A stretch of 63,207 nucleotides of DNA, filler included, from Globobulimina sp. (lineage: Eukaryota): NCBI GenBank assembly GCA_003354225.1. It is 23 parts of 23 records of this genome, joined end to end, with 100 filler letters (N's around TTAATTAATTAA, not from the genome) between each part and the next. Parts side by side here need not be neighbours in the genome. Positions count along the whole stretch, not along the records: positions 11,018 to 13,671 come from PIVH01005512.1; positions 13,772 to 16,425 come from PIVH01005513.1; positions 16,526 to 19,179 come from PIVH01005514.1; positions 19,280 to 21,932 come from PIVH01005515.1; 19 more parts are not named here. One strand, written 5' to 3'. The position numbers and the translations under genes are program-made. The notes below the pieces were generated by a model that saw only the letters and a list, made by a program, of their open reading frames with translations, was not told the DNA's origin and ran no database searches. Shown here one piece after another: positions 11,797 through 22,032 of the stretch (the stretch's first letter is position 1; each line of letters begins with the position of its first letter).

Positions 11797-12054
11797 CCTC
11801 CACATATATGTGGAGGAAAAGGTTCTACCTCCACATAATTGTGGAGGAAAGGGCTCTAACTCCACAAATTTGTGGAGGAAATGCGTTTCCCTCCACATAT
11901 ATGTGGAGGAAAAGGTTCTACCTCCACATAGATGTGGAGGAAAGGTCTCTTCCTCCACATACATGTGGAGGAAACAGGTAGGAAGGTTGTCTCCCTGCAC
12001 ATATATGTGGAGGAAATGTGTAGAAATGGTTATCCCTCCACAAATATGTGGAGG
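11797..12054. repeat. Array of eight 20-bp palindromes CCTCCACA-N4-TGTGGAGG
   Basis: Units start at 11797, 11828, 11859, 11890, 11921, 11952, 11994 and 12035 (spacing 31,31,31,31,31,42,41). Confidence 0.95.
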
Positions 12055-12087
12055 AAGATGGAATCGAAGTAGATTTTAGCAATAAAT

Positions 12088-12490
12088 AGTATGGTTTTAC
12101 GAGAAAAGATACAGTTTTGTGACAAATTTCATGTGTTTACAAGAAAAAGTATGGTTTTATGAGAAAAATATGCAGTTTTGTAACAAATTTCATGTGTTTT
12201 ACAGGAAAAAGTCTACTTTTATGAGAAAAATATGGACTTTTGTAACAAATTTCGTGTGTTTTACAAGAAAAAGTATGGTTTTATGAGAAAAATATGCAGT
12301 TTTGTAGCAAATTTCATGTGTTGTACATGAAAAAGTATGGTTTCGTGAGAAAAATAGGCAGTTTTACAACAAATTTCATGCATTCTACCAGAAAAAGTAT
12401 TGTTTTATGATAATAATATGCAGTTTTGTAACAAATGGCATGTGTTTTGCGCGAAAATTATACATTTTCGGTAAAATAACAACAGTTTTT
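12088..12490. repeat. Tandem repeat of about 62 bp, about 6.5 copies, with alternating T and A tracts
   Basis: Unit is approximately AGTATGGTTTTATGAGAAAAATATGCAGTTTTGTAACAAATTTCATGTGTTTTACAAGAAAA, starting at 12088, 12148, 12210, 12272, 12334 and 12396, then decaying. Confidence 0.9.
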
Positions 12491-12932
12491 ACATAAGATA
12501 ATCAATATTTGGTGAAAACTACTACAACTTTATGAATATTTCTATATTTTTATACATTTTTACAAGAAACTTTGAACATTTTGGTAACATATCCACACTT
12601 TTTGTATAAAGTGATCAATATTTTATGCAAAATATCGAAACATTGCAAAGATTTTCGGATATTTAGGAAGAAAAGTTTACTTTTTGGTGAAATGTTGTTG
12701 CATTTTCGAAAAGAATGAGTATTTTTACACCGTAAAAACAAAAAGACGTGTAAGAATGTGCATCCTATGGCGTGTTTTATTGTTATTTGACACAAATAGT
12801 GTTACATGAAATACAAATTGTCATAAACAGCCTAAATTTTCTGTCTACATAAGGTTACATTCAAAGATTTCCCCCCATTCTTGTCAATTGTAACCTTGTG
12901 TGTGGCAGTTTTCTATCAAAGCTCTCTTCAAA

Positions 12933-13671
12933 ATGTCAAAACGTTCCCATACTGATGACGATGTTTTTGAAATGTTGTCTATGGACAATGAAAAGGAGAC
13001 AGTCAAGAAGAGTTTTCTCAAGGAATATGATGATTTGACACCTGGCGGTAAGGAATATAAGCCATTTTTCATACTAAGAAACAATTATTCTGCTTTAGAT
13101 CCAGACAGGGTATACTTTAATGTTCCACCTTCAAACGAATTCGGCACCGATTTGAGCAAATGCTTTGTCGAAGTCGAATTGAAAGTTGTAAAGGAGAATG
13201 GACAAAATCTGACAAAGGAAGATGAAGAGAAAATCCAACCCTGCAATGACTTTTTCAATGCAATGTTTTCGAATGTTGACATATCGATTAATGGAACAAC
13301 TATTGGAAGCACTCTGGAACCTCATCCCCAAATTGCTTTGGTGCACAATCTTCTCAACTACGATGAGAGATTTCAAGAAAATGTGCTTTCCATGTCAAAT
13401 ATCTGGATGAAAGACTATCAATACCCTGCCGCGAATGCCGTGATTCGTCACCGATACATTGAAGGAAGCAAACGTCTTACACTCTATGGTCATTTGAACC
13501 ATGATGCCTTCACAACACAACGACTTTTGTTGCCAAAAGTTTCATTGCAAATAAAGATGAGACGCAGCGACCCAGCTTATTGTCTGATTCGTAGTGAAGG
13601 AGTGGAAGATGAGTACAAAATCGAGATTCAATCTTGCAAACTAAATGTTCGACGTGTTTTGTACTATGACT
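12933..13671 (+). CDS. Polinton/Maverick major capsid protein (double jelly-roll), 3' partial
   Basis: Ordered motifs typical of Polinton MCP: YFNVP..EFGTDLS...EVELKVVK.NG, PCNDFFNAMFSNVDISING, LLNY, WMKD, LYGHLNHDAF..QRLLLP.V.L.IK.RRS, YKIEI.SCKLNVRRV. Confidence 0.85.
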
Positions 13672-13791
13672 NNNNNNNNNNNNNNNNNNNNNNNNNNNNN
13701 NNNNNNNNNNNNNNNTTAATTAATTAANNNNNNNNNNNNNNNNNNNNNNNNNNNNNNNNNNNNNNNNNNNNTTATTTATTTACTATCTTTA

Positions 13792-15595
13792 TTATTTATT
13801 GTCATCCAACCACTCCTTCATACAATCCCTTGTAAACCGCCCTAAATCCGCTTGATTGGTTAAATGTTGATCAACTTCATCCAACTTCTGACACATTACA
13901 GCAGCAACCCTCGCAAACGACTCCTGATATCCATACACTTTCTGTTGTCCAGGAATCCAACCATTTGGCATTACGCTCTCTGGAATGTCCGGTAATGTCA
14001 TTGGACAGTCAGTCCTCGCTTCGTCCAAAGTAATAATATCCTCAAAGGTCAACGACCATTCTTCTCTCGCACTCAACGACGGCGAAGTCGGAGCAAACTG
14101 CTCTCGCATTGTATGAATCAGTGATGAATGACAATACTGCGATTCCCCATAAACCGGCTTTTTCGGTGAAATGGACCCTTTTGCAATATACGGATTCACC
14201 AAAATCGCTGGTACCCTCAGACCCAATCTCTTGAAATCAAATGATGGTTTGGTATCTGTCGAATTTTTACCATCTGGATTAGGACACGATGGCGGTGTCA
14301 CTGTTGAATATAACAAAAAATATAATATATGCATATGCAGAGCAACAATATGACTGTGTATTAAATGTAATGATAACATACCATGATCAAAGAAACCGCC
14401 ATGTTCATCATACCAGATTAACAATAAAGTTTCCTCCCAAATAGCAGATTTCCGGATGGATTCATATATATCTTTCATGAGTTGCTCTCCTTTTGTTACG
14501 TCGTGGTCTGGATGTTGGTCCGTTGCATGTTCTAATCTGCTCAATTCCAGATATGCCGGATCTATCCAGCTGAACAACGGCAAGTCGTTATTTTCTACCA
14601 TTTCGTAGAAATCTATGTAGGAAATACAAATTTTACAGTTTTTGCACATATTTGTATTGAAAGCACAAAATGGTTCAGAAACAAAGTGATTTGAAGGCAG
14701 CGGAAAAAATACAATAAATCTACCTTCCATGAAATGGAAACGGTATGGATGTAACCGCGGATATTCAAGAAACAGCGGAGTCGGTCCATCCTTAATAAAA
14801 ACAGCCCACGAATCATTTGTTGGGCCATACACATCCAACATATTAAATATATTTTCGCCACCAAATCCTAGCAACAATCTAGGAATTGTATTCGCTGCCA
14901 ATCCATCAGTATGCCCTCGCATTGCCATTATTCGATTTGGTTCGGTTGGCCCCGGAATGTCAGCAAACCAATTGTCAAATACTGCAAATTCATTCGCCAA
15001 TGTCGTGATAATTGGAACCTATAAATATTATTATAATATAATTAAATTAATGGACAGATGACTCAACATTTGGTGGATTAAAACATTTCATTATGAATTT
15101 ACCGCTGTCATTCTTAGCATGTTCGTGCGTCGAATATGATTTAACGAAACCATTCATCGGAGCTGGATATTGCACCGCATTGTTGCCATAGGCACTCGTT
15201 CCGAATATCTCAAAGGTGGTACCATCCACAGAATGATCAGGATCGCCGGGTTGGATATAAACCGCATCCGGTGATACATAGACTAAATTGTCTGTAGGTT
15301 GTGAGGGATCCAATGGATTGGTACAATTCATGCCTCGCTCGGGAATACATCCATCAATATCCGATCTATTCGCTGTCATAAACCCCATCTTGTTGTCATT
15401 GGCAAACGATTTAAGATTGTGCAGATTTTTATATTGTATGAGAGGTATTGTATACTTAACCATGTGGTCAAATGCTCTGTTTTCAAGCATTAACGCAACG
15501 ACATGTTTTATTTTACCACCAAATGCTGGAAATCCTGTATCTGCATTGGAGAGTGATACTAAAATCAAGCAACAAACGGATAATAACGGTGACAT
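13792..15595 (-). CDS. Secreted non-specific phospholipase C / phosphoesterase family protein
   Basis: Signal peptide; IKHVVALMLENRAFDHM, DPDHS, PMNGFV, FDNWFADIPGPTEPNR, DQHPDHDV..GE, YDEHGGFFDH, RLGLRVPAILVNPY. Several introns, some of them in frame. Confidence 0.9.
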
Positions 15596-15752
15596 GGTTG
15601 TGGTAGTTAAGTTGAGAGACGTTTTGGGATTTTAGCACAGAAAAACTGTTAGGAAATGCTGCAACGTTCGTTCAGAATATAGAATTGCTTTGCCATCAAT
15701 ATCGACAGTAAGACACAACAAAAAACAAAGCAAGAATTCTCATATAATTATA

Positions 15753-16425
15753 ATGGCGAACAAAATATTAAAGTATGATGAGGTTAACGTTGATAATAAA
15801 TCCATGGGTATTAACCTTAAAATATTTGAGCAAATATCAACAAATTGTAATAAATCAAAGAATGAAATCATATCAAATTGTGCATATTTACAGAGGTTAA
15901 CAATGGGCTTAAAATATTGTAATGTTTTAATAAATAATAATAAAATGAATGCAAGTAAAGTAAGTCAAGAAATATTAATTGAATTTTGTACTGAATCATA
16001 CACAAATTTTATTGATGATTTTGCGCATTTTTTAAAAGAACATAACTCAAATAATGAATTAATTGAAATTGAAAAAGAATTAAAAAATAAATATAGATTT
16101 CTAACATGTGATATTTCTAAATGTAATCAATTAAAAAGATATTATAATGAAAGAGAGAAAGAAAAAAAAGAAAATAATAATAACAATAATCAACGATTTG
16201 ATTTTTATTGTCATTTATTTGATAAGTTTCATCATCATATTTTTCATCTTTTTAGCATGGGATTAAGAGTACAAACAACGGAAAAGAAAGAGGATAATAA
16301 TAATTTATGTGTTGATAAATTATTTGAAACAAAAAGAGATTTAATTAAAAATAAACAAAAAAACTGCAGATTTGGTTTAAGAAGATTTGAAAATGAAAAT
16401 AATAAATATAATTTGTCTTTTAATT
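15753..16425 (+). CDS. AT-rich lineage-specific protein, N-terminal part
   Basis: Open to the contig end. Its C.ISKC and D..H..I.H motifs resemble the N-terminus of the 49556-51114 protein. Confidence 0.5.
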
Positions 16426-17166
16426 NNNNNNNNNNNNNNNNNNNNNNNNNNNNNNNNNNNNNNNNNNNNTTAATTAATTAANNNNNNNNNNNNNNNNNNN
16501 NNNNNNNNNNNNNNNNNNNNNNNNNAAGGTGTGCAATGGTTTGTGTCCAAGAAGACGCATTATTTGAACGAGGTGCAATTGGCGAAATTAAGCGCGTGTT
16601 GGGGCAATCATAATAATGCGCGACCGGTGCAGGAATATTTTGGTCGAACTGTCTCATTGCGGTCAAAAAGCAGTCTTCGTCTGTTTGATTAATAAATATG
16701 TCAAAATTATAAATAAAAATAAAAATATATCTGTATTGTTAATAATTTTATAATTTATAGTTGTATTTCTAATTTTTTTTTACCATTCATCCCGACAACA
16801 ACGCAGTTAGTCGCATCTGATATGTCAGATCATTCAAATGTATATGCCCAGAAATTTTCAGATATATATTCCAAATCAGGCAAAATCGCACAAAAATATG
16901 AAAATGCTAAACTCCGAAATATTGAATTTTTTTCATTTAACAAAAGTGCTCATCCTCAAAAGAAACAGGAAGTGCAGGAGGATCACGAATGACCCTCAGA
17001 TGACCTCCCCAGAATTTGAAAAAAGTAAACACGTTCTTTCAGGTTTTAGGAAAATAAAAACAACACCGAACTTTTGCCATTATCATTGCAAAAAAAAACA
17101 TGCAGTGTTTCTCTGTGATTATGATTCCCAAAGTAGTTGAAAGTTGAAACTTGATCGAAAAGTATT

Positions 17167-18355
17167 TTATCCTCCAAACAATGTCTTTATTGAAGTTAAA
17201 ACAATCCATAAAAACAATATGAGGCACAAATCAGACAATAATTGTCTAATCATTTCGATGTAACTCCATACCATCATTGCTCTATTCATCCATCTCTGTA
17301 TCATACGACTCATTTCATTGCCTCCTCCAAAGAATGATGCACCGAGAGTCCCTCCCAACATTGTCATCAATTGTCCAGCTCCGCCAACTCCTCCATTCAT
17401 TCCAATATTCTACAAACACACAAAAAAAACAAAACAGTGCAAGGATAATCAAAGTGTTGTCACACTAAACATTTGCTGTTTGGTTTTGGTTGGCATATTT
17501 TCTTTGCAGATACTGTTTATACCCATAAAACACCGAAAATAATATGATTTCAACGGACATAAAGTATGTCCATCCATCACTGGATAAATTATAATGAAAT
17601 ACAGTTATATCATATTCATACGGCAGGAATACCAATAACAACACAAATAAAATGCAAAATAAAGTGTGTGAATAAGTATTATATCTTTCAACGGTTTCTT
17701 CATGTTTCCGTTTTGCTATTCGCTGCTCCGGTGTTTGATGCATATCTGTGTCAATATTGCCGCCCAATGCGTTGAGCATTGAGTTCATCATATCATTCAT
17801 CTCAATGTTTGGATCCAACGTAGCCGAATCAGTCGGACGCATAAATGGATTCGCACCCATTCCCATTCCGGGAAACATGTGTTGCATTTCTGGATTCATA
17901 AAGGGATTATTGTTTGCATTGGAAAATGCATCACGGATATTTTGAGTGTTATTATTGTTCATATATTGCGTTGAATTTGTGACTGGGACACGTGGTGGAC
18001 TTTGACTTTTGCTCTTGTTTTGTTGCTCTTTTTTATGGAGTTCGCCTTTTGTGACACGATTTTGTATGTAGCCCATCCGCGTGGTATTGTTTTCGAGCAC
18101 TTTTTTCTCTCTTTTTGCTTTCCTTCTTTTCTATTTTAACACGTGGCGATATCAATGAATAAACTATCGAAATCTAAGGGAAAATGATGTAATATATTTA
18201 CACGAATTCGATGGTTTATTTATGCTCCCGGGGATTTACACGTGTTAATATTGTTTACATACCCTTAGTTGACGAATTTCCGCCTGAGTCAGCTTCTTTT
18301 TCTCTTTCGCGGGAACTTCTGTCGTTATTTGTTCCTTTGGTGTTGTTGTTGCCAT
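17167..18355 (-). CDS. GET2/CAML-like ER receptor for tail-anchored protein insertion
   Basis: Exon 1 (MATTTPKEQ...AEIRQLR) splices to KRRKAKREKKVLENNTTRMGYI, a basic Get2/CAML-type N-terminal motif. Three C-terminal TMs end in SDLCLILFLWIVL. Introns at about 18131-18262 and 17411-17470. Confidence 0.7.
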
Positions 18356-18417
18356 GTTCTAATGTGAATGTGAAAAAAAAAGAGTGAAAGTAGTTGTATC
18401 AAACTTTAGTCTTTAAC

Positions 18418-19179
18418 ATGTCAGCTAATATAAGCACAAATAACAAGTATGTCATCACGAGTGGAGCAAACGAACAAGCGTTAACATTTCTTATTGCTTT
18501 AATGACATGTCTCATATTTGGTTTTATTTATTATTTATTAAAACTAGTCTGGAATGCAAGGAATGAACAAATATATAAAAAAACATTAAGACCACGCAAA
18601 GCAAAGCAGTTAATTGTATCGTATGTATTAATATTGTTATCATTATTTTTGCAAACAACATGTTTATTATGTTTCTATTGGGTACCCATAAAAACAGAAA
18701 CAAGAAACACATTTTCAGATGGAACTCCGATATATTTTACAAAAGAAATTGACTATTGCTTACATTTCCTTTTTTGGTTATTATTTTTATTATTTATTCA
18801 TCTTAAATTATATGGTCTCATTTTGCAAATATCCGAATGCAACAATAACAACAGAAATATATGCAATCGTTTTGGATATTTATTAGTGATATTAACAGTC
18901 GTAATTGTAATTGCAATGCAAATAATTATCCGTACACCAATTGACAGCAATAAATTATCATTAAACTACGAACAAACACTGCTTTTTAGCCTTGCCATGG
19001 TCGAATTTGTTTTTATAAATTGGTATTTTCGGCGATACTTTGATGATAAAAAAGATACAATTTATTTGAGACAACAATGGAATAAAATATGGTGGTTATT
19101 TTGTATTGCTTTGCTTATTTGGTTTATAATATTTGTTATTTGCATGTTTTCCATAAATATTAATTTTTTATCATTGCAA
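18418..19179 (+). CDS. Multi-pass membrane protein (GPCR-like topology), 3' partial
   Basis: Six hydrophobic segments before the contig end. Confidence 0.55.
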
Positions 19180-19280
19180 NNNNNNNNNNNNNNNNNNNNN
19201 NNNNNNNNNNNNNNNNNNNNNNNTTAATTAATTAANNNNNNNNNNNNNNNNNNNNNNNNNNNNNNNNNNNNNNNNNNNNC

Positions 19281-19826
19281 TGTGTTAATTGTGCCAACAA
19301 TGTGGCAGATGACAATAAAGCACCTGATGATTATGCAAACGATAATGTTTTTTTTCATTGTGAATCAACTAAATGTAAACCAGGATATTATCCAAAGACA
19401 GAAATTAAAGCATGTGATTCACACAGGAGGGCAATTTGTAAAGAATGTGCTACCAATATTCCTATAACTCAATGCGAGAGGAGTCTCAAATTTTTTTATG
19501 GAGGAAAAGAAGAGTGTGATCCCGACATTTTTTTATCGGAGAAATGTGATACTTGTAAGCAAATGATATGCCCTCTTTGTATTAATCGACCCATTCTTCC
19601 AAATGCTGAACCAGAAGATCAAAATGATTGTTTATGTGATGGATGTGGGGAGTATTTAAAGTGTTCTGATTGTGCAAAGTGTAGTTGTTCAGGATGTTGC
19701 AGTGGACATTGTGGTTTAAAGATTTGTCCGGAATGCAAAGAAGATGTTTATTCAATACATTTGAGATATTGGATGGAAATTTATACCTTAGAAGTTTTTT
19801 TGTTCCCAACTTTTTCTATAGTGTAA
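19281..19826 (+). CDS. Cys-rich (CxxC repeat) protein, 5' partial
   Basis: Many CxxC pairs. Confidence 0.5.
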   Translation, partial: CVNCANNVADDNKAPDDYANDNVFFHCESTKCKPGYYPKTEIKACDSHRRAICKECATNIPITQCERSLKFFYGGKEECDPDIFLSEKCDTCKQMICPLCINRPILPNAEPEDQNDCLCDGCGEYLKCSDCAKCSCSGCCSGHCGLKICPECKEDVYSIHLRYWMEIYTLEVFLFPTFSIV

Positions 19827-20087
19827 CTGTGTGGTTTTATGCAAATCTATTTAATTTAATTACGCTTATAGATACCACATTTTTCTGTGGTTTCTTATCG
19901 CTAAAAAAAATATATTAAAACGTGAATTTTGTTTGCAGTCGGTGCTTGTTTTTTATTTAACGTTTTTGCACTTGACAAGTTTTTATTTTTGTAGAAATGT
20001 CAGCTCGTCTTTATTGTAAAAAACGTTGGGTTGCGCCAAGGAACCTTGCAGATGACATGTTAGTTTATGGGTGTCTTGTATTACGCA

Positions 20088-20942
20088 TTACAATTTACTT
20101 TTCTTTTTTGTAGCAATTTTTTTATTGGCATCATATTGTGGTTCTAATAATATTTCATGCGGACAGACAGTATTCCCACATCCGATAATATACTCAATAC
20201 ATTGTGCAACATCCAATGGTTTAATCATCAATGATCTCGATTGCTTGGATGAGAACCTCTTACCATGCTGTTGCTGACTGATCATATCCGTATCGGTAAA
20301 GCCAGGCAGTAATGAACATACTTTGATGCCGCTTTGTCGAATATCATGAAATAAAGAATGGCCAAATCCAACTAAACCAAACTTAGAAGCACTATAAATA
20401 GCGAGTGACGGCCAATAGACCCGAGGTGTGGAGGCACGAGAACCTAAATTGATAATTGAAGTATTAAATCGTGTGTCATATTTATTTCGCGTCTCCAATA
20501 TATATGGCAGTGCATAGCTGCTACAATGTATTAAACCGCGTAAATTTATATTTAATGCTTTGTCCATTGCTTCTAAATTCTCACTCACTTTTTTTGGTGT
20601 ATTAAGTGCCAACATACGCACTTTGAATAAAACTCCAGCATTATTTATTACGCTGGCTAATGGACCAAAATTGGTTCCAATGTAATTGACTGTTTCTTTC
20701 AATTGCTCTGTTTTTGTTATATCACATTTAAATATCTCAATATTTTTACGCATGGATTTGTTTTTAGTGCAACATAATTCTTTGGTTTCACCTAATTTGT
20801 CTACGTTCCGTGCCAATAATGCCAATTTATATAGTGGGCTATCATATCGTGACAAGTAAATCGATGTACACGGACCTATCCCTTGCGATGCTCCGGTTAT
20901 TATTATTGTTGGCAATACACCGTCTTCCGAATAGGATGCCAT
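20088..20942 (-). CDS. Short-chain dehydrogenase/reductase with C-terminal PTS1 (-SKL)
   Basis: TGASQGIG, NNAG and YSASK motifs; ends KKKSKL*. Confidence 0.9.
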   Translation of the reverse strand: MASYSEDGVLPTIIITGASQGIGPCTSIYLSRYDSPLYKLALLARNVDKLGETKELCCTKNKSMRKNIEIFKCDITKTEQLKETVNYIGTNFGPLASVINNAGVLFKVRMLALNTPKKVSENLEAMDKALNINLRGLIHCSSYALPYILETRNKYDTRFNTSIINLGSRASTPRVYWPSLAIYSASKFGLVGFGHSLFHDIRQSGIKVCSLLPGFTDTDMISQQQHGKRFSSKQSRSLMIKPLDVAQCIEYIIGCGNTVCPHEILLEPQYDANKKIATKKKSKL

Positions 20943-21138
20943 TATTAAAATGATTTGAGTTTTAAATTTTTAACTGGGGTTTTTCAACTTTTTTGTTGCT
21001 GCAACAGCAACCGTATATCCCTTGGTTTTTTTATATTCAATTTGTTGGCGAAATGGATCAAAATAAGCCAATACTTGGCGTATGTAGTTAAATACATGTA
21101 CTTACATATTAAATTAATATTAAAATTATTGATCACAG

Positions 21139-21525
21139 ATGAAATCAACGATGAATGATGGATATCAGTTAAATGTAAAGAGATTATTTGACCGTGGCAT
21201 GATCAACCAACCAGATTCATGGATAATTACACATACATCCAATGGTAAGACACATAGAATGCAATACAGAGAATTTATGAAATGTACATGTTTATTAGCC
21301 ACCGCATTATACACTAAATACAATATCTATATCGGTGATATTGTATCAACATTCCTGTGGAATAATGTGCGCCATATGGCACTCTATTACACCATACCAT
21401 GTATTGGCTCTGTCTTAAACCCATTAAATATCCGTTTACACGCCACAGAGCTATCATATATTATCTCCCATTCACAACCAAAAGTTATCTTCATTGACGA
21501 GAACCTATTACCAAATTTCGAGAAG
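21139..21525 (+). CDS. Acyl-CoA synthetase (medium/long-chain, DmdB/AlkK-like) N-terminal fragment, truncated at a junction
   Basis: GDIVSTFLWNNVRHMALYYTIPCIGSVLNPLNIRL...LSYIISHSQPKVIFID; stops before the AMP-binding motif. Confidence 0.8.
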
Positions 21526-21875
21526 TAAACCATCAGATTAGGAACTCTACGATGGTCGATATTTTTATCTGGACGTTTTAGTCCCCAAATTTTAGGATAC
21601 TTTTTAAAATTAGCCTTCATATCTTCATGAACCTCTTTTTGCAGATCTATTCCCATTTTTCTGTAGGCACGGATTACCACATCGGTACAAACGCCAATAT
21701 TTGCTGGCACATCTCCATTGGGGTAGTCTAATTTATAATAAGTGGGATCGTAGGTAACAAATTTTGTGGTGAGTGTAAGGGCTGAATCTGCTAATAATAC
21801 CTTGAATTGAGCAAAAGCACTAAATGTAAAACTCAGAAGTAGTGCTAGAACTAAATAGCGAATAAGATCTTTCAT
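21511..21875 (-). CDS. Bacterial DUF1287 (YijF-like) secreted protein, truncated
   Basis: Signal peptide, then YDPTYYKLDYPNGDVPANIGVCTDVVIRAYR.MGIDLQKEVHEDM..NF..YP..WGL.RPD.NIDHRRVPNL. After YFSKFG the frame runs into the antisense of the ligase. Confidence 0.85.
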
Positions 21876-22032
21876 AGAATTGGTTTAAGTGGGATTAATA
21901 TGGTCTTATTACCAGTCGGCAGGTTTATTATCNNNNNNNNNNNNNNNNNNNNNNNNNNNNNNNNNNNNNNNNNNNNTTAATTAATTAANNNNNNNNNNNN
22001 NNNNNNNNNNNNNNNNNNNNNNNNNNNNNNNN

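Larger units (their letters stand above)
11018..13671. mobile_element. Polinton/Maverick (adintovirus-like) element fragment
   Basis: An A32/FtsK-HerA-type packaging ATPase and a Polinton-type major capsid gene sit in divergent orientation on the same contig. No termini, integrase or pPolB are within the contig. Confidence 0.85.

Noticed and set aside
11797-12054. Palindromic repeat array as a CRISPR array
   Set aside because: Spacers are only 11-22 bp and resemble each other, there are no cas genes, and the context is a eukaryotic virus-like element.
11767-12079. ORFs 11767-12000 (-) and 11810-12079 (+)
   Set aside because: They are translations of the palindrome array; both strands give the same repetitive peptides.
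21387-21510. C-terminus of the DUF1287 ORF as a true antisense overlap
   Set aside because: It is read-through into the reverse strand of the ligase after the junction.
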